From an uncultured Acidimicrobiia bacterium (GTDB lineage Bacteria; Acidobacteriota; Terriglobia; Versatilivoradales; Versatilivoraceae), in NCBI GenBank assembly GCA_963786955.1, contig CAWBAT010000003.1:224001-288000 (forward strand): a stretch of DNA of 64,000 bases, written 5' to 3'. Made by a program: the position numbers and the translations under genes. The notes beneath the pieces were generated by a model. That model saw nothing but the letters and a program-made list of their open reading frames with translations. It did not search any database and was not told the DNA's origin. This document shows positions 43,698 through 53,172 of the stretch, in pieces; the stretch's first letter is position 1, and each line of letters starts with the position of its first letter.

Positions 43698-45457
43698 GTG
43701 GAAGTGAATCGTTTCTTAGTTCAATGTTTACTGCTTGTTACAGGGCTGACGGTGGCTTCATTGTCGCAGCAGCAGAAAGCGGGCAGTTCTATAGTCCCTT
43801 TGCCCATATTTAAGGATGTGACAAAGGAAGCTGGTGTGGATTACCGGATCACCTGTGGAGACGAGGTAACGGAATTCCTAATCGATGTGAATGGGGAGGG
43901 GGCTGCTTTCTTTGACTACGACAACGACGGGGATCAGGATATTTATTTGGTCAACGGTTCTTCCCGCAAATCACAAAAATCTGGCAAGCTTCCTCACGAT
44001 TACCTCCTGAGGAACAACGGAGACGGAACTTTCACCGACGTCACCGAGCAGGCGAAGTTGGGAGACACGGAATGGGGGGGGGAGTTGCCGTTGGTGACTA
44101 TAACAATGATGGGTTCTTGGACCTTTATGTCACGAATTATGGCCCAAACAAACTGTATCGAAACAATGGGGATGGGACATTTACCGAAGTCGGGGAGAGA
44201 GCAGGTGTCGCCGATCCCCATTGGGACATCCCCAAATGGAGCATGGGAGCTGCATTTGGGGATGTCGACAATGACGGTTACGTCGATCTTATTGTCGCCA
44301 ATTTTAGCGATTTCAACTACCAGCCGTTTGGGCCGGCGCCCAGCGAATCTAACCCTTGCAAAATGAAAGGTGTCCCAATTGCCTGTGAACCAGATCGATA
44401 CTTAGGCCAGCAACACCTCTTTTACCATAACAATGGAGATGGGACTTTCACGGATCTCACAAAAGAGGCGGGGCTCCTTCGAAAGAATCCCGGACACGGA
44501 TTTGCCGTTGTTTTGACGGACTTTGACAATGACGGTGACTTAGATCTCTATGTGGCCAACGATGCAGGCCCGAATTTCTATTATGTTAATGATGGCAAAG
44601 GCCACTTCAAAGACTTCAGCGTCTTGTCGGGGACTTCTGTCGATGAGTTTGGTAACTCTCAAGGCTCGATGGGTCTGACAGTAGGTGATTTCAATAATGA
44701 CGGGCTGCAGGATATCTTCATTACTAATTTCATTGACCAGAGAAGAACACTCTATATGAATCAAGGGAATAACCTTTTTTTTGACCAGACCTCGAACTTT
44801 GACATTGGGATGATAGGCTTTCACTACAGTGGGTGGGGAACAAAGTTTTTCGACTTTGACAATGATGGCTGGCTTGATCTTTTCTTTACTAACGGGCATA
44901 CGATGGAGCAGTTGGAACTCGTCTACCCGAACGATCCATTTGCGCAGCCTAGTTATTTGTTGCACAACCTTAAGGGTAAGAAGTATGAGGATGTCTCAAT
45001 AGCCACTGGATTTCGGACGATCCGGGACAAGGCGAGTCGGGGCACAGCCTTTGGTGACTATGACAACGACGGCGACATTGACTTGCTAATTATCAATAAG
45101 AACGATACCCCGTATCTTCTCCGGAACGACGGAGGAAATTTGCAGCATTGGATCAACATCCGTACCGAAGGAGTTTGGAGCAACAGGGCGGGATTAGGGG
45201 CAAAGGTTAAAGTTGCAGGGGGAGGCATCACCCGTCACTTTGAGGTTCGTGGGAGTGATAGTTACTTGTCAAGTAACGATCTCAGGGTTCATGTCGGCAT
45301 GGGGAATCTCGAGGTAGGCGATATCGAAATCCGCTGGCCGAGTGGCCGGGTGGACAAACAGTCCGATGTCAAGCTGAACCAGTATTACCTTGCCCGCGAA
45401 GGAGAGTCATTGGTACCGGATCCACGAATGTCAAAATCTAAGATTTCGAAGAAGTAA
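43698..45457 (+). CDS. ASPIC/UnbV (CRTAC1-family) protein; frameshift in a G-run at ~44075
   Basis: Signal peptide, DYDNDGDQD repeats, NRAGLGAKV, SYLSSNDLRVHVG and RWPSG motifs. Confidence 0.88.
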
Positions 45458-45575
45458 GCAGATTTTTCAATCATTGCATTATTCTTGGTTAGTCTTTGTC
45501 GCGAGGGAATGTTTTCATGTCAGATATGTCTTTTCGCAACTGTCATTTTATGGTTGTTTAGATTGTTGTCGGCCG

Positions 45576-46805
45576 ATGCTCCCACGCGTCTCCTTTAGCT
45601 GTGCTCTTCTACTTGGCCTTTTCTTGATCCAGCTGAGTTTTGCAAACATGCAAGCTCAGACATCTCAGCGTAAGACTCAGGCTGATCCCGAGGCCCAGGT
45701 TCAAGAATACTTTCAAGCTGCTAAGCAAGCCGAGAAGCGCGGAGACCTTGAATCAGCTGTTTCCAACTACCGCGCCATAATTAAGCTTCTGCCGGATGTA
45801 GGGGAAGTGTATCACAACCTGGGATTGGTCTATTACCTTCAGAAGAAAGATCAGGAAGCGATCGAGGCTTTTCAAGTTGCTCTCAAACTCAAACCGGATT
45901 TGCCCGGGTCAAGTCTATTTCTAGGAATGGCATATCTCCGCAGCAGTCAATATGAGAAAGCAATAGAGCCACTCAAGAAAGCGCTCTCTCAAAATGCCAA
46001 AGAAAACCGGGCCTATTTAAATCTAGGGCTCTGCTACATGGAAACAGGGCGAGCGGAAGAAGCGATGCAAGTGCTCCAAAATGGGTTGAAACAGTTTCCT
46101 CAGGATATCGATATCCTCTACAACCTAGGGAAAGCCTATACCAAATTGATGACCAACACTTTCCGGAAGATGGCTGATATCAATCCAGATTCCTATCGAG
46201 TGCATCAGTTGCTGGCCGAGTCCTTTGAGGCGCGCAGAGATATTCCCAGAGCCATCGAGGAATATAAACAAGCCCTCGAACGTCAGCCGGAAGCTCCCGG
46301 ACTCAATTATGCCTTAGCCAATCTCTATTGGAAGGAAGGAAGCCTAGAGGAAGCCGAAAAGGGATTTAAGAAAGAATTGGAACTCAATCCGGAAGACTAT
46401 CTGGCGACTTGGAAACTAGGCAACATCTATTTGATCAAACGTGATACAGAACAAGCCCTCCCTTATTTGCTGAAAGCCATCCAACAAAAACCCAATCTGG
46501 GGCAAGCTCATCGGGACCTAGGAAGAGCTTATGCAAACAAGGGCGAATATGAAAAGGCAATTGAGCATTTCAAAATCGTCACTCAGCTTTCACCAGAGGA
46601 ATTCGTAGCCCATTACCGCATGGCCCTCATCTATAAGCAACTAGGTAAGAAAGAAGAATATGAAAATGAGATGGCTCTTTTTCAGAAGCTAAAAGCAGCC
46701 AGTGACGAACGCGAGAATGTCGCCAGAAGGGTAGAAAGAGGAGACATGCAGGAAGAAGCAGAAAGGTCTAAGAAGGACGTTGATATTGAACCCGAAGCGA
46801 AATAA
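45576..46805 (+). CDS. Exported TPR protein
   Basis: Signal-like segment; VYHNLGLVY, YLNLGLCY, PGLNYALA and AHRDLGRAY repeats. Confidence 0.85.
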   Translation: MLPRVSFSCALLLGLFLIQLSFANMQAQTSQRKTQADPEAQVQEYFQAAKQAEKRGDLESAVSNYRAIIKLLPDVGEVYHNLGLVYYLQKKDQEAIEAFQVALKLKPDLPGSSLFLGMAYLRSSQYEKAIEPLKKALSQNAKENRAYLNLGLCYMETGRAEEAMQVLQNGLKQFPQDIDILYNLGKAYTKLMTNTFRKMADINPDSYRVHQLLAESFEARRDIPRAIEEYKQALERQPEAPGLNYALANLYWKEGSLEEAEKGFKKELELNPEDYLATWKLGNIYLIKRDTEQALPYLLKAIQQKPNLGQAHRDLGRAYANKGEYEKAIEHFKIVTQLSPEEFVAHYRMALIYKQLGKKEEYENEMALFQKLKAASDERENVARRVERGDMQEEAERSKKDVDIEPEAK

Positions 46806-47051
46806 GACGCAAATTCACTCGCTATGAACGCCGGGAGGATGCTCACGTTCAGCGAACCGGCTGTTCTGAAACACAAGAAGACTATTAAACGCTAGACTCT
46901 CCACGCATAGGGCTCCCGACGGAGCTGGTCGTTGGTACAACCCTTTCCTGTGTCTCCGCGGCAATATGTGAGGCTTAATCCCCGTGTCCCCCGTGGTCTT
47001 AATCGCGGCAGCTGGGGAAGATAACCGCGTTCTCTGGGAAGCGCATTTAAC

Positions 47052-48977
47052 TTACTTCATTTCAGAGATCCGGAGCGTTTGGTTCTCTTGAAGACCCTGT
47101 GTGACGACCTGTTTGCGGCCCGAGGGCCAATCCACCTCGACACGATCGATTTGCTTTGTATCGCCCAGGCCGAAGTAAAGTGGGAGAGCGCTTTGCGAGA
47201 GGTAACCGGATTTGCCGTCATGGTATTTTGTATAGACGTGCCCTCCGGCTCGCACACGCACAGTAGCGCCCAGCCCATTCCGGTTTGATGTTTTCCCAAT
47301 GAGCACGATTTTGAGCCAATGAACCGGCTTGCGCTGTGCAAGATTGCTGATCAGCAGCTGGGGCGCTGAATTAAACTCATTGGTTACAATATCGAGATCG
47401 CCGTTATTATCGAGATCAAACATGACGGAGGAACGGCTTCCAAGCGTACCCAACATGGTTACATTGCCCGGTTGCCCCTCACAGATTTTCGTGCCACGCC
47501 GTTCACCAGCGCAATCCAGGACGAACCATGGCGTATGGGTCTCGCCACCTCGTCGCGGCTCGATTCCGAGCAGGAACTCGGCATCCAAAAACTTCTCCCC
47601 GCGGTTGTTCAAGAGCATTGAATTGATCCCGTATCGGAGAGGGAAATTCATGCTTGAAGAGATAAAAATGTCATTCCAGCCGTCGGCGTTAAGATCATCG
47701 ACACTCACCCCCCAGGGCCAATAGTTCTCCGCTCCGAGACGGTCCGAGATTTCCTCGAATTTTCCGTTTCCCAGGTTGTGGAAGAAGGCGTTGCCGAAGA
47801 TGAACGTGTCTCTGGCCGCACCGAGTTGTTCTTCTGGCTTGATGTGTTGCTGAGGGGTCTTCAGCTTTTCTTCCTTGGGTGTCCGGTCACCCATCATGTC
47901 GGAGTGCATGTCGGTTAGAAATAAATCCATCCGCCCGTCGTTGTCGTAGTCGAAGAATTTGATTCCCATAGTTCCAAAGGGGGTCTTCGGGAAGTACTTG
48001 TCAGTTTTATCGACGAATTTCTTTCCCCCTTCATTCTCAAAATAGTGATCATGCCCTTGCATGTTCAAGATGAATAAATCGGGCCAACCGTCTTCATTGA
48101 GATCGGTGAAGCTCGCATCTCCGGACCAACTCTCGGGGTGTAGGCCGACTTCCGCTGTCACGTCTTTGAATTGGTTGTGACCCATGTTCTTGTATAGGAT
48201 AGGATATTCGGAGCGATTGGGAAACATGTGCCCAAAAAATGCGTCCTCAAATCCAACGTAGCTGCCATCCGGCCACCGCTCATCACTCGTGTACTTCCCG
48301 ACATTACACAACAACAGGTCGACCAGCCCATTGTTGTCGTAGTCGAAGAAGACGGCTCCCGAGGAATGAGCGGCCAAGCCAACTCCGGCCTCCTTGGTGA
48401 TGTCCGTGAAGTGCCCGTGGCCGTCATTTTCAAAGAGCACATTCCCGCCGCGAACGCTCGTGACAAACAAATCCTGATCCCCATCATTGTCGATGTCCGC
48501 GAAAGACGCGGTGACGCCGATCCGGTCGGGCAACCCGACTCCTGCCTCCTTTGTGATGTTCTTGAACTTACCACCGCCCAAATTCAGCCAAAGCTCATTG
48601 CCTCCGACTTGGTTCACAAAGTAGATATCGTAAAGTCCGTCGCTGTCGACGTCTGCTACGGCAATGCCATTTCCATGGTCGTAATGCACGGGCTTGTGAT
48701 GCCTGCCTGCATCCTCGACGATATGGTGGACGAAAGTGATTCCACTTTCCTTAACCTTGTCGACTAGTTGGAACTGATAGAAGACTTTGAACTGGTTGAC
48801 AGTTTCTTGCTGAGCCTTTTTTCGCGCAGGAAGCGCTTCCACCCCGATATCCGGATCCGGTATTTGAATCGTTGGCAGGGACTGGCTCCCACCACCCCCT
48901 AGACTGATGCGCCCAGCAGCAAGTAGAAGCAGTGACAAGAGCACGATCAGAACTGGCCGATTCCAATGATTTGCCAT
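47052..48977 (-). CDS. ASPIC/UnbV (CRTAC1-family) protein, tandem paralog 2
   Basis: HYDHGNG, DxDxDG repeats, SGYLSQSALPLYFGLG and WPSG motifs; RBS AAGGAGG. Confidence 0.9.
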   Translation of the reverse strand: MANHWNRPVLIVLLSLLLLAAGRISLGGGGSQSLPTIQIPDPDIGVEALPARKKAQQETVNQFKVFYQFQLVDKVKESGITFVHHIVEDAGRHHKPVHYDHGNGIAVADVDSDGLYDIYFVNQVGGNELWLNLGGGKFKNITKEAGVGLPDRIGVTASFADIDNDGDQDLFVTSVRGGNVLFENDGHGHFTDITKEAGVGLAAHSSGAVFFDYDNNGLVDLLLCNVGKYTSDERWPDGSYVGFEDAFFGHMFPNRSEYPILYKNMGHNQFKDVTAEVGLHPESWSGDASFTDLNEDGWPDLFILNMQGHDHYFENEGGKKFVDKTDKYFPKTPFGTMGIKFFDYDNDGRMDLFLTDMHSDMMGDRTPKEEKLKTPQQHIKPEEQLGAARDTFIFGNAFFHNLGNGKFEEISDRLGAENYWPWGVSVDDLNADGWNDIFISSSMNFPLRYGINSMLLNNRGEKFLDAEFLLGIEPRRGGETHTPWFVLDCAGERRGTKICEGQPGNVTMLGTLGSRSSVMFDLDNNGDLDIVTNEFNSAPQLLISNLAQRKPVHWLKIVLIGKTSNRNGLGATVRVRAGGHVYTKYHDGKSGYLSQSALPLYFGLGDTKQIDRVEVDWPSGRKQVVTQGLQENQTLRISEMK

Positions 48978-49097
48978 CTTCTACCTCCTTAAATGGTCCC
49001 AGAGATTTGCGATGCACTGAAAACATGGTCAAAGATCATGAGGTGGGTTGCGGACAAACAACTTCAGTGCGGTGGGGGGACGTTTCTTCTCATGAAC

Positions 49098-51023
49098 TTA
49101 TTTTGGTTCGATGATCCGAAGTGCCTGGTTTTCCTGTAAACCTTGCGAGACGACCTGTTTGCGACCGGAGGGCCAGTCCACCTCGACACCATCGATTTGC
49201 TTTGTGTCGCCCAGGCCGAAGTAAAGTGGCAGAGCGCTTTGCGAGAGGTAACCAGACTTACCGTCATTGTATTTTGTATAGACGTTCCCTCCGGCTCGCA
49301 CACGTACGGTCGCGCCCAGTCCATTGTGGTTTGATTTTGTCCCAACGAGCTCGATTTTAAGCCAGCGGATCGGCTTACGCTGCGTTAGATTACTGATCAA
49401 CACCTGGGGCGCTGAATTAAACTCATTGGTTACAATATCGAGGTCCCCATCATTGTCGAGATCAAACATTACGGAGGAACGGCTTCCAAGCGTAGCCATC
49501 ACAGTGAATTGCCCTTTTTGTCCCTCGCAGACTTTGTTGCCTTGCCCGGCACGGGAGCAATCTACGTCGAACCAAGGCGTGTGGGTCTCACCGCCTCGTC
49601 GCGGCTCGATCCCGAGCAAAAACTCAGCATCTAAAAACCTCTCCCCGCGGTTGTTTAAAAGCATTGAATTGATCCCATAGCGGAATGGGAAATTCATACT
49701 GGAGGAGATAAAGATGTCATCCCAACCGTCGGCGTTAAGATCATCCACGCTCACCCCCCAGGGCCAATAATTCTCCAATCCAAGGCGGTCTGAGACCTCC
49801 TCAAATTTTCCGTCTCCCAGGTTGTGAAAGAAGGCATTACCAAAGATGAACGCGTCTCTTGCTGCGCCGAGGTGTTCTTGCGGCATAATCTCTTTCTCAG
49901 GTGTCTTCAATTTTTCTTCGCTGGGTGTCCGGTCACCCATCATGTCGGAGTGCATGTCGGTTAGGAACAAATCCATCCGCCCATCATTGTCATAGTCGAA
50001 AAATTTGATCCCCATGGTTCCAAAGGGGGTCTTGGGGAAATACTTCTCGGTTTTGTCAACGAACTTCTTCCCTGCTTCATTCTCAAAATAGTGATCATGA
50101 CCTTGCATATTCAAAATGAACAAATCGGGCCAACCGTCACCATTGACATCGGCAAAGCTCGCATCTCCGGACCAACTCTCGGGGTGTAGGCCTACTTCCA
50201 CCGTCACGTCTTTGAACCGGTTGCGGCCCAAGTTCTTGTAAAGGACAGGGTATTCGAAGCGAGTTGGTATCAAATGGCCGAAAAACGCGTTCTGCAGCCC
50301 CATATAGCTACCATCCGGCCAGCGACCATCACTCGTGTACTTCCCGACATTGCACAACAGCAGATCCACGAGCCCATCGTTGTCGTAGTCGAAGAAGACG
50401 GCTCCTGAGGAGTGAGAGGCTAAGCCAACTCCAGCCTCCTTGGTGATGTCCGTGAAGTGCCCGTGGCCGTCATTTTCAAATAGCACATTCCCACCGCGAA
50501 CGCTGGTGACAAACAGATCCTGATCCCCGTCATTATCGACGTCCGCGAAAGACGCGGTGACGCCGATCCGGTCGGGCAGCCCGACTCCCGCCTCCTTTGT
50601 GATGTTCTTGAACTTACCGCCGCCCAAATTCAGCCAAAGCTCATTGCCACCGACTTGGTTCACAAAGTAGATATCATAGAGCCCGTCACCGTCGACGTCT
50701 GCTATGGCGATGCCATTTCCATGATCGTAATGGACGGGTTTGGAGTGCCGACCAGCATCCTCGACGATGCGGTGGACGAAAGTAATTCCGCTTTCGGCAA
50801 TCTTGTCGACCAGTTGGAACTGGTAGAATACTTTGAACTGGTTCACCGTTTCCTTTTGCGCTTTTTGCCTTGCAGGTAGAGTGTCTACCCCAATATCTGG
50901 GTGCGGATACGGAATCTTTGGCAGGGACTGGCCCCCGGCACGGCCAAGACTGACTCGCACTGCTGCCAACAAAAGCAGACCCGAGAGCGCGATCAGAACG
51001 GGGCGGTTCCTGCAGTAGTTCAT
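49098..51023 (-). CDS. ASPIC/UnbV (CRTAC1-family) protein, tandem paralog 1
   Basis: Highly similar to 47052-48977; ATG 51023 after GGAGGAG. Confidence 0.9.
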   Translation of the reverse strand: MNYCRNRPVLIALSGLLLLAAVRVSLGRAGGQSLPKIPYPHPDIGVDTLPARQKAQKETVNQFKVFYQFQLVDKIAESGITFVHRIVEDAGRHSKPVHYDHGNGIAIADVDGDGLYDIYFVNQVGGNELWLNLGGGKFKNITKEAGVGLPDRIGVTASFADVDNDGDQDLFVTSVRGGNVLFENDGHGHFTDITKEAGVGLASHSSGAVFFDYDNDGLVDLLLCNVGKYTSDGRWPDGSYMGLQNAFFGHLIPTRFEYPVLYKNLGRNRFKDVTVEVGLHPESWSGDASFADVNGDGWPDLFILNMQGHDHYFENEAGKKFVDKTEKYFPKTPFGTMGIKFFDYDNDGRMDLFLTDMHSDMMGDRTPSEEKLKTPEKEIMPQEHLGAARDAFIFGNAFFHNLGDGKFEEVSDRLGLENYWPWGVSVDDLNADGWDDIFISSSMNFPFRYGINSMLLNNRGERFLDAEFLLGIEPRRGGETHTPWFDVDCSRAGQGNKVCEGQKGQFTVMATLGSRSSVMFDLDNDGDLDIVTNEFNSAPQVLISNLTQRKPIRWLKIELVGTKSNHNGLGATVRVRAGGNVYTKYNDGKSGYLSQSALPLYFGLGDTKQIDGVEVDWPSGRKQVVSQGLQENQALRIIEPK

Positions 51024-51265
51024 GTTTTGTCTCCTCCGAAAGTCTCGGCCTCTTCTGTTAATTAATGGAAGCGCTGTCGACTTGTCTAAAAAGTCAGCGG
51101 GGTTGACCAGCGCTCGTGGAGGGTCACTTCTACACAGTGAAAAGATAGCATGTTCGTATCGGGCTTGCAATTTGCCGGCCCGATTAACAGGTTACCCCCA
51201 CCCATCAAAGGCAGGGGCTCGGCGAGGCCGCCGATTCTGATTCTGTGGTACACTCGGCGAAATTC

Positions 51266-52867
51266 CTACCTCTTTCGTTGCATCATCACCGACCACGCCA
51301 ACGGCCCTAGGTTTTGCGGCTGACTGGTTTCAAACCGGGTCTCCCCGATCCATTCAAAGTCGAATAAAGGAGAAAAATCGGCCCGAATTTCTTCCTCGGT
51401 GACTTGGGGAGGAGAATACCTCTGCGTTAATTCATTGGGATTTCCAGCCAAGAGCAAGAACTGCGTGCCAGTCAGGGATAATTTCCGAATCGTATCAACG
51501 TAGGCTTTTGCACCTTCGATTCGGACTTCATGGTAGCAACCCCGGTCAAAGATGAAATTGTAGGGTTCCAAATTTGGAATAGCTAGGACATCCGCCAGCA
51601 GCCAACGTACTTTGACCCCCGCTTTTTCAGCCTTTTGTTTCCCCTGGTTCAAGGCGGTTGGAGCAATGTCAATAGCGGTTACTTCGAATCCTTTACTGGC
51701 AAGATAAATGGCGTCCGTGCCCGAGCCGCAACCCAGATCAATCGCTCGGCCTGCCGGCACGATCCCTTGTTCAACAACTCTTTGCAGCTCCCCTGATGGT
51801 CGTCCTGCATCCCAATTGGGACGATTTCCCCCCCTGTAAGTGGCATCCCACGAGTCCAGCATTCTCATTCCCTTGGGCCCGTATGGCAACAATCCGGTGG
51901 GAAACGGTCTGCGATCAAGCAGAATATCGCCATTGTTTCTGGAAATGGCGATCTCTCCGGCGCCTTTCTTAATTGGGGGCAAGCTGAGTTCAAATACCTG
52001 CTTCCCGGTGGAGATGACCAGCTCCACCTGACCCTCACTCTCTGAAAACTTTGTATTGATCTGGGGAGACCGAGTGTCCGAATCGCCAACAAAGATCACA
52101 TTCAGAAATCGAGTTTTCCCAATGGCTTTTTCCTGATCAACTCGAAGGCCCGGGCCGTCGGACTTCTGTGTTCCACCGGAAATACCCATGACCTTTAGAT
52201 TGGCCTTCTCGGGTAAAAAGGTCTCACAAAGCAAAACCCCATCTTTTTCAGTAAATCGCGATCGATGGCCTGAAATTTCCGGAGGATTCTGGCTGTAAAA
52301 CAACCAAGAGTTATTCCCAGAAGGAAGCGGTCCGCTGATTTCATCGTCCACGACGATAATCGATGGTTTTAAGAAGATGATGCGACGCGATAACGTCGGA
52401 ACCGATTCGTTATTTACTCCCTTCCGTCCTGCCGTGTGCTGCGGGGACTGGTTCACGGCATAAACAAACAATCGCTGCTCTTCAAACGCAATCAGGTCTT
52501 TCGGGTTTAGATGGCTATCTTCAAAGGCGAACTGCTGAACCCGGTCGGGCATGTCCTGGATTTCTGGAATTGTAGCGGAGGCCTTTGCAAAGGCAAGAAC
52601 CTTTGCGGTGGATAGAGTCGGAATGAATGGCTGACTCACGCTGTGAGGTTGCCCAAGGATTAGCAACCCGAGGCTTGAAATCAAAATGATCAGGAGCAGC
52701 GGGTAACGAATCCTCCATCGTGCAGATTTTGATGGCCAACCTAAATTTTCAAATATTGTATGCTTGGATGGAAACAAGTGGATGGAAGACCTCAGTAATC
52801 TTAGGTTGTTTTCGCAGTATCGAAAAATGAAGAGTTCAAAACAGAACTGTCTAGAGATGCTCATCAA
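51266..52867 (-). CDS. Fusion protein: hydrophobic segment + heparinase-II/III-like beta domain + class I SAM-dependent methyltransferase (TPMT/TehB-like)
   Basis: C-terminal WDAGRPS, RAIDLGCGSG, AIDIA and FDRGCYH; N-terminal RRIIFLKPSIIVVDD..SWLF; start uncertain. Confidence 0.7.
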   Translation of the reverse strand: MMSISRQFCFELFIFRYCENNLRLLRSSIHLFPSKHTIFENLGWPSKSARWRIRYPLLLIILISSLGLLILGQPHSVSQPFIPTLSTAKVLAFAKASATIPEIQDMPDRVQQFAFEDSHLNPKDLIAFEEQRLFVYAVNQSPQHTAGRKGVNNESVPTLSRRIIFLKPSIIVVDDEISGPLPSGNNSWLFYSQNPPEISGHRSRFTEKDGVLLCETFLPEKANLKVMGISGGTQKSDGPGLRVDQEKAIGKTRFLNVIFVGDSDTRSPQINTKFSESEGQVELVISTGKQVFELSLPPIKKGAGEIAISRNNGDILLDRRPFPTGLLPYGPKGMRMLDSWDATYRGGNRPNWDAGRPSGELQRVVEQGIVPAGRAIDLGCGSGTDAIYLASKGFEVTAIDIAPTALNQGKQKAEKAGVKVRWLLADVLAIPNLEPYNFIFDRGCYHEVRIEGAKAYVDTIRKLSLTGTQFLLLAGNPNELTQRYSPPQVTEEEIRADFSPLFDFEWIGETRFETSQPQNLGPLAWSVMMQRKR

Positions 52868-53172
52868 GTTACGAACATAGCATTATATCAGGTTGCGTTC
52901 AATTTGCCTCCTGGGAGCTCGGGTATCCTCCCCGTAGTCGTCTCATTTATCATTGTCCATCGTTCATTTCTCATTTTCCATTTGTGTTCATCCGCGTTTA
53001 TCTGCGGCTATTCTACTTTTGCAAGTGAAAAGCCCCGTGTCCCCCGTGGTTGTCTTTCATGATTGGTGGCAGGATGCGAAGTCCCAGGCGGGGCTTTCGC
53101 TTGACAAGGATTTGATTTGCTCCGTAAAATTAATGTTTAAGCTGCACAGTAAGAAAAAGACGATCCACCCGG

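Noticed and set aside
7443-44100. Mass pseudogenisation or programmed frameshifting in PSD1, TonB receptor, TPR, GH, kinase, RLP and ASPIC genes
   Set aside because: Breaks are mostly single-base indels, often in homopolymers, with motifs intact on both sides; best explained as long-read consensus errors (polishing would decide)
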